A program made the translations under genes and the position numbers. A stretch of DNA of 64,000 nucleotides from NCBI GenBank assembly GCA_963775425.1, contig CAVZJB010000009.1, positions 172,485 through 236,484 on the forward strand. The letters run 5' to 3'. The stretch is from an uncultured delta proteobacterium (GTDB lineage Bacteria > Myxococcota > UBA727 > VGSZ01). Below the pieces are notes generated by a model that did not search any database, had not been told where the DNA came from, and saw nothing but the letters and a program-made list of their open reading frames with translations. Shown here piece by piece: positions 29,051 to 38,844 of the stretch (position 1 is its first letter; every line of letters starts with the position of its first letter).

Positions 29051-30260
29051 AGCCCTGCGGCGGGATCTCGGCGCCCCCGCCGCTCCCGTCGCCGGCCGGG
29101 GGGTCGGCGCCGGTGGCGGGGGTGCAGGCGCCGGGGTCGCCGGCGACGAGCCCGCCCGCGAAGCCGATGTCGATGACGCCGGCGGCGGCGAGGTCGCGCG
29201 CGACGACGGCGCCGGCGACGCGCAGGTCGCCCGCCGACGCGAGCGTGCCGTGGGGGAGGTAGAGGGCGCCGGAGACGACCTCGTCGCCCGCGAGCGCGAC
29301 GCCGCGGCTGCCGTCGACGTAGAGCCGCACGGCGTCCGGCGTCGCGCCGTCGCCGAGGTGGAGCACGCCGGCGGCGGCGAGGTCTCCGCCGATGAAGAGG
29401 TCGAGCGTGGCGCCGTCGTCGAGGTCGACGTCGACGTCGCCTGCGGAGGCCACGTCGCCGGCGACGAAGAGCTCCACGGCGCCGCTCGCGTGGATCTCGA
29501 TGACGCCCGCGTGCGCGATGTCCTCGACGAAGTAGCGGCCGGCCGGCAGGTCGAGCGCCACCGCGCCCGCGCTCTCGAAGCCGGCGGGGTCGATGCCGGC
29601 GGCCGCGTCGTCGTTTTCGCTGCGCGCCTGCGCGATGAAGCCCTGCACGTCGACGTGCGTGGACGCGTCGCCGCCGCAGTCGCACGGGGGCGGGACGTCG
29701 ACGTCGCCGCGCACGACGCCGCCGGCCTGGATGCCGAGGACCCGCGCGCCCTCGGGCACGGTGAGCGTCCCGTCGATGCCGACGACGCCCGCGCCCACGG
29801 CGTCGCCGCCGATGCGCGCGTCGCCGCCGACGTCGACGACGCCGGCCTGGGCGAAGCCGGCGCCGACGTCGAGGTCCCCCTCGATGTCGTCGTCGCCGGC
29901 GCCGCTCATCCGCGCGCCGACGACGAGATCGCCCTCGATGACGGAGACCCCGGCGCGGCTCCAGTCGCCGTTGGCGGCTGCCGACGCCGGCGTCTGCGCG
30001 TCGAGGCCGTGCACGCTCAGGTCGCCGGCGAAGGCGGCGTCGCCGCACAGGCACAGGCCGAAGCCGAACGCGTCGGCGGCGAGGCCGTCGCTGCACACGG
30101 GAGCGCCGTTCGAGAGCGCGCCGACGAAGCGGTTGCCGTTCGGGGCCGCGGTGGCGCGGCCGGGGGCGCCACCGCCGGGGGGGCGCGCGCCGGGGGCGAG
30201 GTCGGCGCCGGCACAGCCGGCGAGCGGGGCGAGGACGAGGGCGACGAGGAGCAAGCGCAT
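29049..30260 (-). CDS. Lipoprotein with Gly/Asp/Ala-rich beta-helix-like repeats
   Basis: ATG at 30260 (MRLLLVALVLAPLAGC). Repeated GDL/GDV-x-V-x-G units. Cys cluster near the N-terminus. Track ORF 29049..30359 starts at a GTG further upstream. Confidence 0.6.
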   Translation of the reverse strand: MRLLLVALVLAPLAGCAGADLAPGARPPGGGAPGRATAAPNGNRFVGALSNGAPVCSDGLAADAFGFGLCLCGDAAFAGDLSVHGLDAQTPASAAANGDWSRAGVSVIEGDLVVGARMSGAGDDDIEGDLDVGAGFAQAGVVDVGGDARIGGDAVGAGVVGIDGTLTVPEGARVLGIQAGGVVRGDVDVPPPCDCGGDASTHVDVQGFIAQARSENDDAAAGIDPAGFESAGAVALDLPAGRYFVEDIAHAGVIEIHASGAVELFVAGDVASAGDVDVDLDDGATLDLFIGGDLAAAGVLHLGDGATPDAVRLYVDGSRGVALAGDEVVSGALYLPHGTLASAGDLRVAGAVVARDLAAAGVIDIGFAGGLVAGDPGACTPATGADPPAGDGSGGGAEIPPQG

Positions 30261-30448
30261 GGAGCCTCCGTGCGCCTGGCGTCGCAAGGGCGGTGCCACG
30301 TGCCCGGCGGCGCGCGGACGCCACGGGTGGAGCCGCGATTGTCCTGTATTGGTGGACACTTGTGACCAGGATGGGACAGATGGGTCGGAAGGCGGGTGGG
30401 GCCGATGACGGGCGGCACGCGGCGCCGCGGATCGAGGAAGATGTGGCG

Positions 30449-32140
30449 ATGGCGGAGCGGCAGGTCGGGCGATACCGGCTCCTCGAGCGCGTCGGCGCGG
30501 GCGGGATGGGGGAGGTGTATCTCGCCGAGCTCGTCGGCGTCGCGGGCTTTCGCCGCCGCTGCGCCGTGAAGCTCGTCCTGCCCCACCGCGTCGCTCGCGA
30601 CGACGTCGTGGCGATGTTCGAGCGCGAAGCCGTGCTGGCCGCGCGCATCGCGCACGAAAACGTCGTGCAGGTGTTCGACTTCGGCCGCGACGGCGACGCC
30701 CTCTATCTGGTCATGGAGTACGTCGACGGGCTCACCCTGCGCGCCCTCGCCGAGCGGCGCTGGAAGAAGCAGCCGCTGTCGGTCCCCGAGGTCTGCTCGT
30801 TCATCGCCGACGCAGCGCGCGGCCTCCAGGCCATCCACGCGCTCAAGGAGCGGGTGGTCCATCGAGACGTCACGCCCGACAACATCCTGGTCACGCGCGA
30901 GGGCGTCGCCAAGATCGGCGACTTCGGGATCGCGATGGCCGCGGACATGGCGCGGTTGACGACGACGGGAGAGCTCAAGGGCAAGATCCCCTACATGGCG
31001 CCGGAGCAGCTCGACGGCGGCGACATCACGAGCGCCGCCGACGTCTTCTCCCTCGGCGTGACGCTCCACACCCTGCTGAGCGGCAAGCGTCCCTTCGACC
31101 GTGGCACCGAGCTCGGCACCATGAACGCGATCGTCAACGAGGCGCCGCCGCGGTTGCGCGACCTGCGCGGCGACGTCCCTGCGGCGGTGGAGGACCTGTC
31201 GCGCCGCATGCTGGCCAAGGTGAGCTTCGAGCGCCCGACGGCCGCCGAGGTCGCCGACGTCCTCGCCTTCGCGGGGGATCGGCCGAAGGACCTCGTGACG
31301 CTCGTCCTCGGTCCGCCGACGCGCGCGCTGGCGCCGCCGCTCGAGACGCAGGTGGTGGAGGTGCTCCACAGCACCACCGCGGAGAACGAGCCGGCGACCG
31401 AGCTGGTCACGGCGGAGACGAGCGCGGGCTTCAACCGCCGCCGCCGCCGCCGCGCGCCCCCGGCCGCCGTCGTCGCCGCGGCCTCGCTCGTCCTCGTGCT
31501 CGTGGCGGCGGCGGGCGCCTGGGTGTGGGCCGCGCGCGGGGGGCCGGAGCCCCCCGTGGCGCTGGGGGCCGTCGCGCAGGGCGCCGTCGGGGAGGGCGCC
31601 GTCGGGGAGGGTGCCGTCGGGGAGGGTGCTGGGGCCGCACGCGACGCCGGCGTCCTCGTCGTCGTCGAAGATGCCGCCGCGGCGACGGTCGCCGACGCGC
31701 CGGACGAGCCCGAGGCGCGGCCGGGGCGACGCCACGTCGTGGTGCCGGAGGTGTCGCTCGTGGGACCGCCGTCGGTGTCGTGGTCGACGCTCGACGGAAA
31801 AAAGCTCGGCGTCGGCGAGCTCCACGTGCGCCTGCGTTCCCACGCGGTGGCCGCGTTCGACGGCGCGACCGGCGCGCGCTGCATGGTGCCGATCGCCTCC
31901 GGCGTCGCGCGCTTCGACGCGCTGCCCACCGGCGCCGTCGACGTGCGCGCCAACCCCTACGCGGCGGTCTCCGTGGGCGGGCGCGCGCTCGGCACCACGC
32001 CCATCAGCCCGCCGCCCGAGCTCAAGGCGTGCAGCTACCGCATGCGCTTCGTCTACGAAAAAAAGACGCGCACCGAGACGGTGCGCGTCGTCGCAGGCAA
32101 GACCACGCCGGTGCGCGTGGACATGGACGGGTCGCGTTAG
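30449..32140 (+). CDS. Ser/Thr protein kinase with TM segment and C-terminal PEGA-like domain
   Basis: GAGGMGEVY, AVK, HRDVTPDN, DFG, APE motifs. GAGGAAG Shine-Dalgarno 9 nt before the ATG at 30449 (alternatives 30371 and 30380). AVGEGAVGEGAVGEG repeat after the TM segment. Confidence 0.85.
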   Translation: MAERQVGRYRLLERVGAGGMGEVYLAELVGVAGFRRRCAVKLVLPHRVARDDVVAMFEREAVLAARIAHENVVQVFDFGRDGDALYLVMEYVDGLTLRALAERRWKKQPLSVPEVCSFIADAARGLQAIHALKERVVHRDVTPDNILVTREGVAKIGDFGIAMAADMARLTTTGELKGKIPYMAPEQLDGGDITSAADVFSLGVTLHTLLSGKRPFDRGTELGTMNAIVNEAPPRLRDLRGDVPAAVEDLSRRMLAKVSFERPTAAEVADVLAFAGDRPKDLVTLVLGPPTRALAPPLETQVVEVLHSTTAENEPATELVTAETSAGFNRRRRRRAPPAAVVAAASLVLVLVAAAGAWVWAARGGPEPPVALGAVAQGAVGEGAVGEGAVGEGAGAARDAGVLVVVEDAAAATVADAPDEPEARPGRRHVVVPEVSLVGPPSVSWSTLDGKKLGVGELHVRLRSHAVAAFDGATGARCMVPIASGVARFDALPTGAVDVRANPYAAVSVGGRALGTTPISPPPELKACSYRMRFVYEKKTRTETVRVVAGKTTPVRVDMDGSR

Positions 32141-32158
32141 AGAGCCGTAACGAGCTCG

Positions 32159-33223
32159 CTAGGCGCCGAGGCCGCACGCCGCTTCGGCGGTCGCGAGCGC
32201 GGCGTCGACAGCGTCGTTGTAGCTGTGGGTGGCGGCGTCGCAGGTGCCCGGATCTGCGAGGCACGCGTCCTGAAGCTGCGCGCTCAGGTCGGCGATGGTC
32301 GCCTGCGCGTCGGCGTATGCCTGCGTGCACGCGTCGGCGGAGTCGCCCGCGCCGGCGAAGGGGTTGTCGCAGCCGTCGCCTGCGCCGTCGGCCGGATCGG
32401 CCGGATCGCCGGCGGGATCACCGGCATCGTCGTCACCCGTGCCGGCGTCGGCGGGGTCGCCTGCGCCGTCGGCGGGCTCGCCTGCGTCGTCGGCGGGGTC
32501 GCCTGCGTCGTCGGCGGGGGCGCCTGCGTCGTCGGCGGGGTCGCCTGCGGCGCCGGCGAGGGCGTCGTCGCAGGCGGCCTGCGCGGCCGCGTAGACGGCG
32601 TCGAGGCTGGCGCTGAAGGTGTCGGGGTCGCAGGTGTCGGGGCCGGCGGCGCAGCCGTCTTCGAAGCTCGCGCGCAGCGCGTCCGCCTGGGCGTCGGCGT
32701 CGTCGAACGCGGCCTGGCAGGCGGCGAAGGCGGCGTCGTAGGCGTCGGCGCTGTCCTGAAGGCGGGCGAGCTGATCGGCGAGGTCGCCGATGGCGTGGGC
32801 GACCTCCTCGCACGCGCCGGCCTGGGCGTCGGCGGCCGCGGCGAGGGCGTCGGCGTCGGCGGCGCTGCACCCGTCGAGGATCGGCTGCAGGTCGGCGTCG
32901 CCCGCGTCGACCGCGCTCTGCAGCGCGTCGACGTCGCAGGTGCACGCGCCCTCGCTCGCGGCCTGCTCGAGGGCGGCCCGCGCCTGATCGAGCGCCGCGC
33001 CGGCGGCGCCGAGCGCGTCGTCGGCGGCGCCGGCGCCGTCGGCGAGCGCGGAAGCGGCGTCGTCGAGCGCCCCCGCGCAATCGCTCGCGTCGTCGCCGGC
33101 GTTGTCGAGTGCCTGCTGTCCCCCGGCGGCGCGGCTCCCGGGAGCGGCGCGATCGACGATGGTGTTCGAGCAGGCGGTCGCGGCCAGGAGCACCGTGGAA
33201 ATCAGGATGGGCAAAGACCTCAT
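32159..33223 (-). CDS. Ala/Asp-rich lipoprotein with DDAGDPA repeats
   Basis: ATG at 33223 (MRSLPILISTVLLAATAC). Many paired Cys. 21 bp DNA tandem repeats encode (P)ADDAGDPA units. Confidence 0.6.
   Translation of the reverse strand: MRSLPILISTVLLAATACSNTIVDRAAPGSRAAGGQQALDNAGDDASDCAGALDDAASALADGAGAADDALGAAGAALDQARAALEQAASEGACTCDVDALQSAVDAGDADLQPILDGCSAADADALAAAADAQAGACEEVAHAIGDLADQLARLQDSADAYDAAFAACQAAFDDADAQADALRASFEDGCAAGPDTCDPDTFSASLDAVYAAAQAACDDALAGAAGDPADDAGAPADDAGDPADDAGEPADGAGDPADAGTGDDDAGDPAGDPADPADGAGDGCDNPFAGAGDSADACTQAYADAQATIADLSAQLQDACLADPGTCDAATHSYNDAVDAALATAEAACGLGA
32390..32580. repeat. 21 bp tandem repeat array inside the lipoprotein CDS
   Basis: About 7 units of gtcgcctgcgtcgtcggcggg visible on the plus strand. 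Confidence 0.7.
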
Positions 33224-33423
33224 GAGCACCTCCGGCGTGGGACCTTTCAAGACCGATGCCGGCGCCCTTCCCCCGCGGCGCGCCGCGGCCGCGCCGGTGT
33301 GCTCACTATTGGTAGACAGGTATGTACACTTATGATGGACATGCGACTGTCCTCGCGGAAGGACATGCGCTCGTGGCTGGCCCGCCAGGTGGAGCGGCCG
33401 GTGCGCGGATCCCGAGCGCCCGA

Positions 33424-34272
33424 TCAGTTCCCAAACACCAGGATCGGGCCGAGGCGCCCGACCTCGGACTCGCGCAGCAGATAGGAGCCGTCGCTCCGCC
33501 GGCAGCCGATGTACCTGTGCGCGCCGGCGAGCTCACCGCCGCCGATGGCGTTCAGCGTGTCGTTCGTGGCGCCGTCGACGACGACGCCGGTGCAGACGCA
33601 GGCGTCGCCCTCGCTGCCGCAGGTCCCGCTGCCCCCTGAGTCGAGGCAGATGCCGCCGGGCACGCATTGATCGGGCACGGTCACGTCGTATGTGACCTCG
33701 CCGGTGAGCGAGAGGGACGCGCCGCCGCCCGCGGAGTCGAGCGTCCCGGCGAGCGTCGAGGACGCGATCGTCGCCGTGTCCGGCGGCCCCACGCACGTCC
33801 CTCCGCCGGCGCCGAGCTCCTCGACGAGGTCGACGGGGAAGGTGTCTCCGTCGTCGCAGACGCGCGCGAGCGCCGCGTGCAGCGGGAGGTCGCCGCTGCA
33901 GCTTGTGGTGAACGAGTCGGGGCAGCCGGCGACGCCCGCGTCTTGCGGGTCGCCGTTGCCCGCGTCCTGCGCCGCGCCGGCGTCGCGCGCGCCCCCGTCC
34001 GCGGGGCCGTCGTCGGCGGGGCCGGCGTCGGGCCCGGGGCGCACGCAGACGTCGTCGACGCAGACGAAGCCGTCGAGGCACGGGCACGGCCTGCCCTCGA
34101 GGTCGACGCTCAGGCACGCCGCCCACACCGAGAGGCCGGCGAGCGCGGCGAGGGGCAGGGCGACGGTCGAGGCGCGCACGAGACCTGCGCCGCATTCAAG
34201 TCGCGCGCCATCGGCGCCGCAGGCCCGCCGTGCGCCGGGTTCGTTGTGAGCTTCGACGCCTCTCGCGCGCAT
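33424..34272 (-). CDS. Cys-rich secreted hypothetical protein
   Basis: ATG at 34272. Hydrophobic signal-like segment ALPLAALAGLSVWAAC. More than 20 Cys. Confidence 0.5.
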   Translation of the reverse strand: MRARGVEAHNEPGARRACGADGARLECGAGLVRASTVALPLAALAGLSVWAACLSVDLEGRPCPCLDGFVCVDDVCVRPGPDAGPADDGPADGGARDAGAAQDAGNGDPQDAGVAGCPDSFTTSCSGDLPLHAALARVCDDGDTFPVDLVEELGAGGGTCVGPPDTATIASSTLAGTLDSAGGGASLSLTGEVTYDVTVPDQCVPGGICLDSGGSGTCGSEGDACVCTGVVVDGATNDTLNAIGGGELAGAHRYIGCRRSDGSYLLRESEVGRLGPILVFGN

Positions 34273-34292
34273 GGAGGGTCTAGAGTGCCGGA

Positions 34293-35051
34293 ATGCCGTG
34301 GCTGTTGTCACTGCTGCTCGCCGCGTCGCTCGCCGAGGACCCGCGCTTCGCCGACGCCGCGGAGCGCATGCGCAAGCTCGACTACGAAGGCGCCGTCACC
34401 GCGTTCGACGCCTTGCTCGAGGAGGCCCGTCCCGACGGCGAGCGCGTGACGCTGTTGCTCTACTCCGGCGCCGCCCGCGCCCTCCTCGGCGACGACGGCG
34501 CCGCGCGCCTCGCGTTCGAGAGCGCCCTGCGGATCGATCCGGACACGTCGTTCGACCTCAACACCTCGCCCAAGGTCGTCGCCCTCTTCGACGACGTGAA
34601 GCACACCGTCTCCGCGCGCGCGGGCCCACCGCCCCCCGCCGACGGACGCGCGGGCCCCGCGCTCGTGCCGTCGAGCGCGGCCGCTCCCCCCAGCCCCCGA
34701 AGCTCGACCGCCGCCGCGCCGCGCGCGCACGCGCCGGCCGCCGAGGAGCAAGCCAGTCCCGACCTCGCCGCCGTCGCCGGCATCGGCGCCGCCGTCGTCG
34801 GCGCCGCCGCGGGGATGGCGAGCGTGGCCTTCGGCCTCGACGTCGCCGGCAAGATGCAGACCGCGAGCGACAAGGGCACCTCGCAGCAGGACGCCCAGGC
34901 CCTCGTCGACGACGCCAACGCATCGCTCCTGTGGGCGTCCGTGCTCGGCGGCGCCTGCGTCGCCGGCGCCGGCACGGCGGTCGCAATGTTCGTCTTCGGC
35001 GACGCGCCGGAGCCTGCGGCGGCCGCGGCCGCGAAACCGACGGGGGAGTGA
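34293..35051 (+). CDS. TPR-like secreted protein with C-terminal TM
   Basis: ATG at 34293. Signal peptide. TPR-like helices. Ala/Pro linker. C-terminal hydrophobic segment. Confidence 0.55.
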   Translation: MPWLLSLLLAASLAEDPRFADAAERMRKLDYEGAVTAFDALLEEARPDGERVTLLLYSGAARALLGDDGAARLAFESALRIDPDTSFDLNTSPKVVALFDDVKHTVSARAGPPPPADGRAGPALVPSSAAAPPSPRSSTAAAPRAHAPAAEEQASPDLAAVAGIGAAVVGAAAGMASVAFGLDVAGKMQTASDKGTSQQDAQALVDDANASLLWASVLGGACVAGAGTAVAMFVFGDAPEPAAAAAAKPTGE

Positions 35052-35109
35052 GATCGCGCGCGCCGCCCACACCCTGATCACCGACCTCGCCACGGGCGAG
35101 ACGCTCGCG

Positions 35110-36489
35110 ATGACGCTGTGGCTGCGCGTCATCGCCGGGCCCGACCGCGGCAAGCGCATCCCGCTGCGCGCCGGCGCCATCGTCCTCGGCGCCGGCGACG
35201 TCGACGTCCCCCTCAGGGACCCGCGCGTGTCCCGCAGCCACGCGAGCTTCGAGCTCGTCGCCGACGGCGTGCGCGTGCGCGATCTGCGCTCGAAGAACGG
35301 TACGCGGGTGAACGGCGCCCCCACCGCCGAGGCCGTGGTCCGGCCGGGCGCCGTCGTCGAGATCGGCGACACCGCGCTCGTCGTCGACGGCGACGGCGAC
35401 GTCGTCGACGTCCCCCGCACTTCGGGCGCGCGCGGTGCCGGCGCGCCGGCGTTCGGCGCGTCGATGCGGCGCATCGTCGCCGTGCTCGATCGCGCGGCCA
35501 GGAGCGACGTGACGGTGCTCCTGCAAGGAGAGAGCGGCACCGGCAAGGACGTCATGGCGCGCGCGCTTCACGGCAAGAGCTCGCGCGCCAAGGCGCCGTT
35601 CGTCGTCGTCGATTGCGGCGCCATCGCGCCTGGCCTCGTGGCGAGTGAGCTGTTCGGGCACAAGCGGGGCGCCTTCACGTCGGCGCACGAAGACCGCGTC
35701 GGCGCGTTCGAGGCCGCGCGCGGCGGGACGCTCTTCCTCGACGAGATCGGCGAGCTGCCGCTCGAGCTCCAGCCCGCGCTCTTGCGCGTGCTCGAGATGC
35801 GGCAGGTGACACGCGTCGGCGAGAGCCACGCGCGCCACGTCGACGTGCGCGTGGTGGCGGCCACCAACCGCAAGCTGAAGAGCGAGGTGGACGGGGGCCG
35901 CTTCCGCGCCGACTTGTTCTTCCGGTTGGCGGTGGTGAGCGTGGCGTTGCCGCCGTTGCGCGAGCGCAAGGACGAGATCCTCGCGTTCGCCGGTGAGTTC
36001 CTGCGTGAGCAGGGCCGCAGCCTCGACGACGTCGCCGCCGCGGACCGCCGCCGGCTCCTCGAATATCCGTGGCCCGGCAACGTGCGCGAGCTGAAGAACG
36101 TGGTGCTGCGCGCTTGTGCGCTCACGGGCCTCGACGAACCCGTGCGGCTCACCTTCGACGACGACGCCGTCCGCGGCCGCGCGAGCGTCGCCGCCCCGGG
36201 CGCCGCCGGCGAAAGCGCCCGTGTCGAGCGCGGCGCCGCCGCCGTCGACGCGCGCCTCGCGCCGCTCGCAGACGGCGCTTTGCTCGAGCGCACGCTCCCC
36301 GAGGCGCGCCGCGCGATGCTCGACGACCTCGACGCGCGCTACCTCGCGGCGGTGCTCGAGGCGTGCGGCGGCAACGTCAGCGCCGCCGCGCGCAAGGCCG
36401 GCGTGGCCCGCAGCTACTTCCACCGCCTGTTGCAGCGGCACCGCCCGTCCGGCGGGCGCGGGGCGGGCCGCCGCGGGCCGGCGAGGTGA
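35110..36489 (+). CDS. Sigma-54-dependent transcriptional activator with N-terminal FHA domain
   Basis: FHA (GRxxxxDVxLxDPRVSRSHA). AAA+ sigma54-interaction domain with GESGTGKD, GAFTSA-like and ESELFGH motifs. C-terminal HTH. Confidence 0.9.
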   Translation: MTLWLRVIAGPDRGKRIPLRAGAIVLGAGDVDVPLRDPRVSRSHASFELVADGVRVRDLRSKNGTRVNGAPTAEAVVRPGAVVEIGDTALVVDGDGDVVDVPRTSGARGAGAPAFGASMRRIVAVLDRAARSDVTVLLQGESGTGKDVMARALHGKSSRAKAPFVVVDCGAIAPGLVASELFGHKRGAFTSAHEDRVGAFEAARGGTLFLDEIGELPLELQPALLRVLEMRQVTRVGESHARHVDVRVVAATNRKLKSEVDGGRFRADLFFRLAVVSVALPPLRERKDEILAFAGEFLREQGRSLDDVAAADRRRLLEYPWPGNVRELKNVVLRACALTGLDEPVRLTFDDDAVRGRASVAAPGAAGESARVERGAAAVDARLAPLADGALLERTLPEARRAMLDDLDARYLAAVLEACGGNVSAAARKAGVARSYFHRLLQRHRPSGGRGAGRRGPAR

Positions 36490-37388
36490 CGCGCGGCGGC
36501 CACGCCGTCGACGTCGATGCGCTCGTGCTCGTGCGCGGGCTCGGGCGCGGGACGCTGTGCGAGGTGCTCCTCGTCGAGGACGCCGCCGGGCGGCGCTACG
36601 CCATGAAGCGCGCGCTCGCCGAGCACCGCGCGAACGCCGGCGTGCTCCGCCTGCTGCGCGACGAGGCGCGCGTGGCGGGGCAGCTCGCGCACTCGGCCAT
36701 CCCGCGTTTGTGCGCGGTGGCGGAGAGCGACGTCGACGGCGTCGTGATGGTCTTCGAGCTGCTCGACGGCGCCACGCTCGACGAGGTGCTGCCGAAGAAG
36801 GCGACGTTGTCGTCGAACGCGGCGCTGTTCGTCGTGGACACGCTGCTCGACGCGCTCGGCTACGTCCACGGCCTCGCGGTCGTGCACAGAGACGTCGGCC
36901 CGCACAACGTCGTCGTCACGCGCAGCGGTGACGTCGCTCTCATCGACTTCGGCATCGCCGTCGACGACGACCGCGAGCGCTGGACCGCGGCGGGCGCGCT
37001 CCGCGGGACGCTCGGGTACCTCGCGCCCGAGGCCGTGCGCGGCGAGCCCGTCGACGCGCGCGCCGATCTCTTCGCCGCCGGCGCCCTGCTCTATCGCCTC
37101 GCCGCCGGCCAGGGCGCGTTTCGCGGCAAGGGGCCGCGCCGGGTGCTCGACGCCGTCGCCCGCGGCGCGTTCGCCCCCGCCGCCGAGCTCGACGCCGCGC
37201 TCGCCCCCCTCGACGCGGTGTTTTCGCGCGCGCTCACGGCAGATCCGGAGCGACGCTTCGCCGACGCCCGTGAGATGCGCCGCGCCCTCCCGCGCTTCGA
37301 TCCGGCGTCCGCCCGGCGCGAGCTCGCGGAGAAGGTCGCGCCGCTGCTGGCGCCGCCGTCGTCCCTGCGCGGCCCCACGCTCAGCTGA
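36486..37388 (+). CDS. Ser/Thr protein kinase (divergent catalytic loop HRDVGPHN)
   Basis: GTG at 36486 overlaps the activator stop (GTGA). GLGRGTLCEV, AMK, HRD, DFG, APE. 300 aa. Track ORF 36069..37388 is over-extended. Confidence 0.8.
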   Translation: MTRGGHAVDVDALVLVRGLGRGTLCEVLLVEDAAGRRYAMKRALAEHRANAGVLRLLRDEARVAGQLAHSAIPRLCAVAESDVDGVVMVFELLDGATLDEVLPKKATLSSNAALFVVDTLLDALGYVHGLAVVHRDVGPHNVVVTRSGDVALIDFGIAVDDDRERWTAAGALRGTLGYLAPEAVRGEPVDARADLFAAGALLYRLAAGQGAFRGKGPRRVLDAVARGAFAPAAELDAALAPLDAVFSRALTADPERRFADAREMRRALPRFDPASARRELAEKVAPLLAPPSSLRGPTLS

Positions 37389-37446
37389 AGGCGTCGCGAG
37401 CTTAGCGGCGTTCGCTGACGATGACGTCGTGCCCCGCCGCGAATGT

Positions 37447-38100
37447 CTACGCCGCGCGCCTTCGACGCCTTTGTCGCATCGGGGCGACGGCCGGCACCGT
37501 CGTCGCCGCACGCGTCGACACGGCACGTCCGCGCCCTCTCCGTGGGGAACGCGGCTCAACGCGGGCCCGGGCGCGAACGCGCCGCATCGACGGCGCGGCT
37601 CCTCCCGGCGCCGCCCGCCGCCCCACACGTCGACACGACACGCACGGCATCGAGACGTAGGGCGCCCCCTCGTGCGGCGCGTCGGCGACACCGGCAACGT
37701 CCGCGTGCCCGTGCCAGCACGCGTAGCCGACGGCGTTGTCGAGCGGGGTGCCGATCGAGCCGGGGAGGGCTTCGATGTCGGCGCCGCCGTCGATAAGCGC
37801 CGCGGCGACGTCGACGTCGTCGCTGCTGGCCGCCCAGGGCAGCGGCGTCTCGTCGCGGGGGCCGCGGCTCATCGGATCGGCCCCGGCGGCCAGGAGGAGC
37901 CGCGCGATCTCGGGCCCGTTCGGGAAGTAGCCCGGCCAATCGGCGACGACGTGCAGCGGGGTGCGGCGCCCGAACGGGCCCTCGAGGGGCCCGGCGACGA
38001 TCTCCGGCGCGTCGGCGACGATGCGCCGGACGGCAGCGACGTCACCGGAGCGGATGGCGGCGACCAACGCGGCCGCGCTGTCAGGGCTCGGAGCGACCAC
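37447..38100 (-). CDS. Ankyrin-repeat protein
   Basis: TPLHVVADW...ARLLLAAGADP and ETPLPWAAS...AALIDGGADIEA repeats. GTG start at 38100. C-terminal 60 aa are low-complexity, so the true end is uncertain. Confidence 0.6.
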   Translation of the reverse strand: MVAPSPDSAAALVAAIRSGDVAAVRRIVADAPEIVAGPLEGPFGRRTPLHVVADWPGYFPNGPEIARLLLAAGADPMSRGPRDETPLPWAASSDDVDVAAALIDGGADIEALPGSIGTPLDNAVGYACWHGHADVAGVADAPHEGAPYVSMPCVSCRRVGRRAAPGGAAPSMRRVRARARVEPRSPRRGRGRAVSTRAATTVPAVAPMRQRRRRRAA

Positions 38101-38139
38101 GGCGCTTCCTGTGGGTTGGCCTCCGCGCGCCGGACCGGC

Positions 38140-38841
38140 TCACGGCGAGCCCCCGACGGGGTCGAAGCGGTACCCCGTGCCGCGCACCGTGATGAGGTGC
38201 CGTGGGCTCTCGGGGTCGACCTCGAGCTTCTTGCGCAGCGACACCACGAAGTTGTCGATCGTTCGCTCGGTGCCTTCGTAGTCGAGGCCCCAGGCGCCCT
38301 CGAGGAGCGCGTTCCTCGTCAGGGCGCGGCCGGGGTGATCGAGGAAGAACATCAGCAGCGCCATCTCCCGCGGCGACAGCACCACGGCCGCGCCTGCGCG
38401 GCTCACCGTGCGCGCGCGGCGGTCGACGGTGACCTCGCCGAAGATGGTCATCGACGGCGCGTGCGCCTCCCGACGACGCAGCACCGCGTGGATGCGCGCG
38501 ATGAGCTCGTGCAGACCGAAGGGCTTTTGCACGTAGTCGTCGGCGCCGAGGTCGAGCCCGAGCACCTTGTCCTCCTCGAGGCCCTTGGCGGTGAGCATGA
38601 TGACGCCGCTCTGGCTGCCGCGGCGGCGCAGCTCGCGGAGCACCTCGAAGCCGTTCATCACGGGCAGCATGACGTCGAGGAGGATGAGGTCGTACGGGTT
38701 GTCCATGGCCTCGCGCAGCCCGCTCTCGCCCTCCGAGCGCGTGACCACGTCGAAGCCCTCGTGGCGCAGGTTGAGGCGGAGCCCCGCCGTGATGGAGGCG
38801 TCGTCTTCGATGATCAGGATGCGGGGCTTGGTCTGGGCCAT
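38140..38841 (-). CDS. OmpR/PhoB-family response regulator
   Basis: Receiver domain (ILIIEDD...DLILLDVMLP...MLTAK) plus winged-helix (LITVRGTGYRF). Confidence 0.9.
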   Translation of the reverse strand: MAQTKPRILIIEDDASITAGLRLNLRHEGFDVVTRSEGESGLREAMDNPYDLILLDVMLPVMNGFEVLRELRRRGSQSGVIMLTAKGLEEDKVLGLDLGADDYVQKPFGLHELIARIHAVLRRREAHAPSMTIFGEVTVDRRARTVSRAGAAVVLSPREMALLMFFLDHPGRALTRNALLEGAWGLDYEGTERTIDNFVVSLRKKLEVDPESPRHLITVRGTGYRFDPVGGSP

Positions 38842-38844
38842 GCT

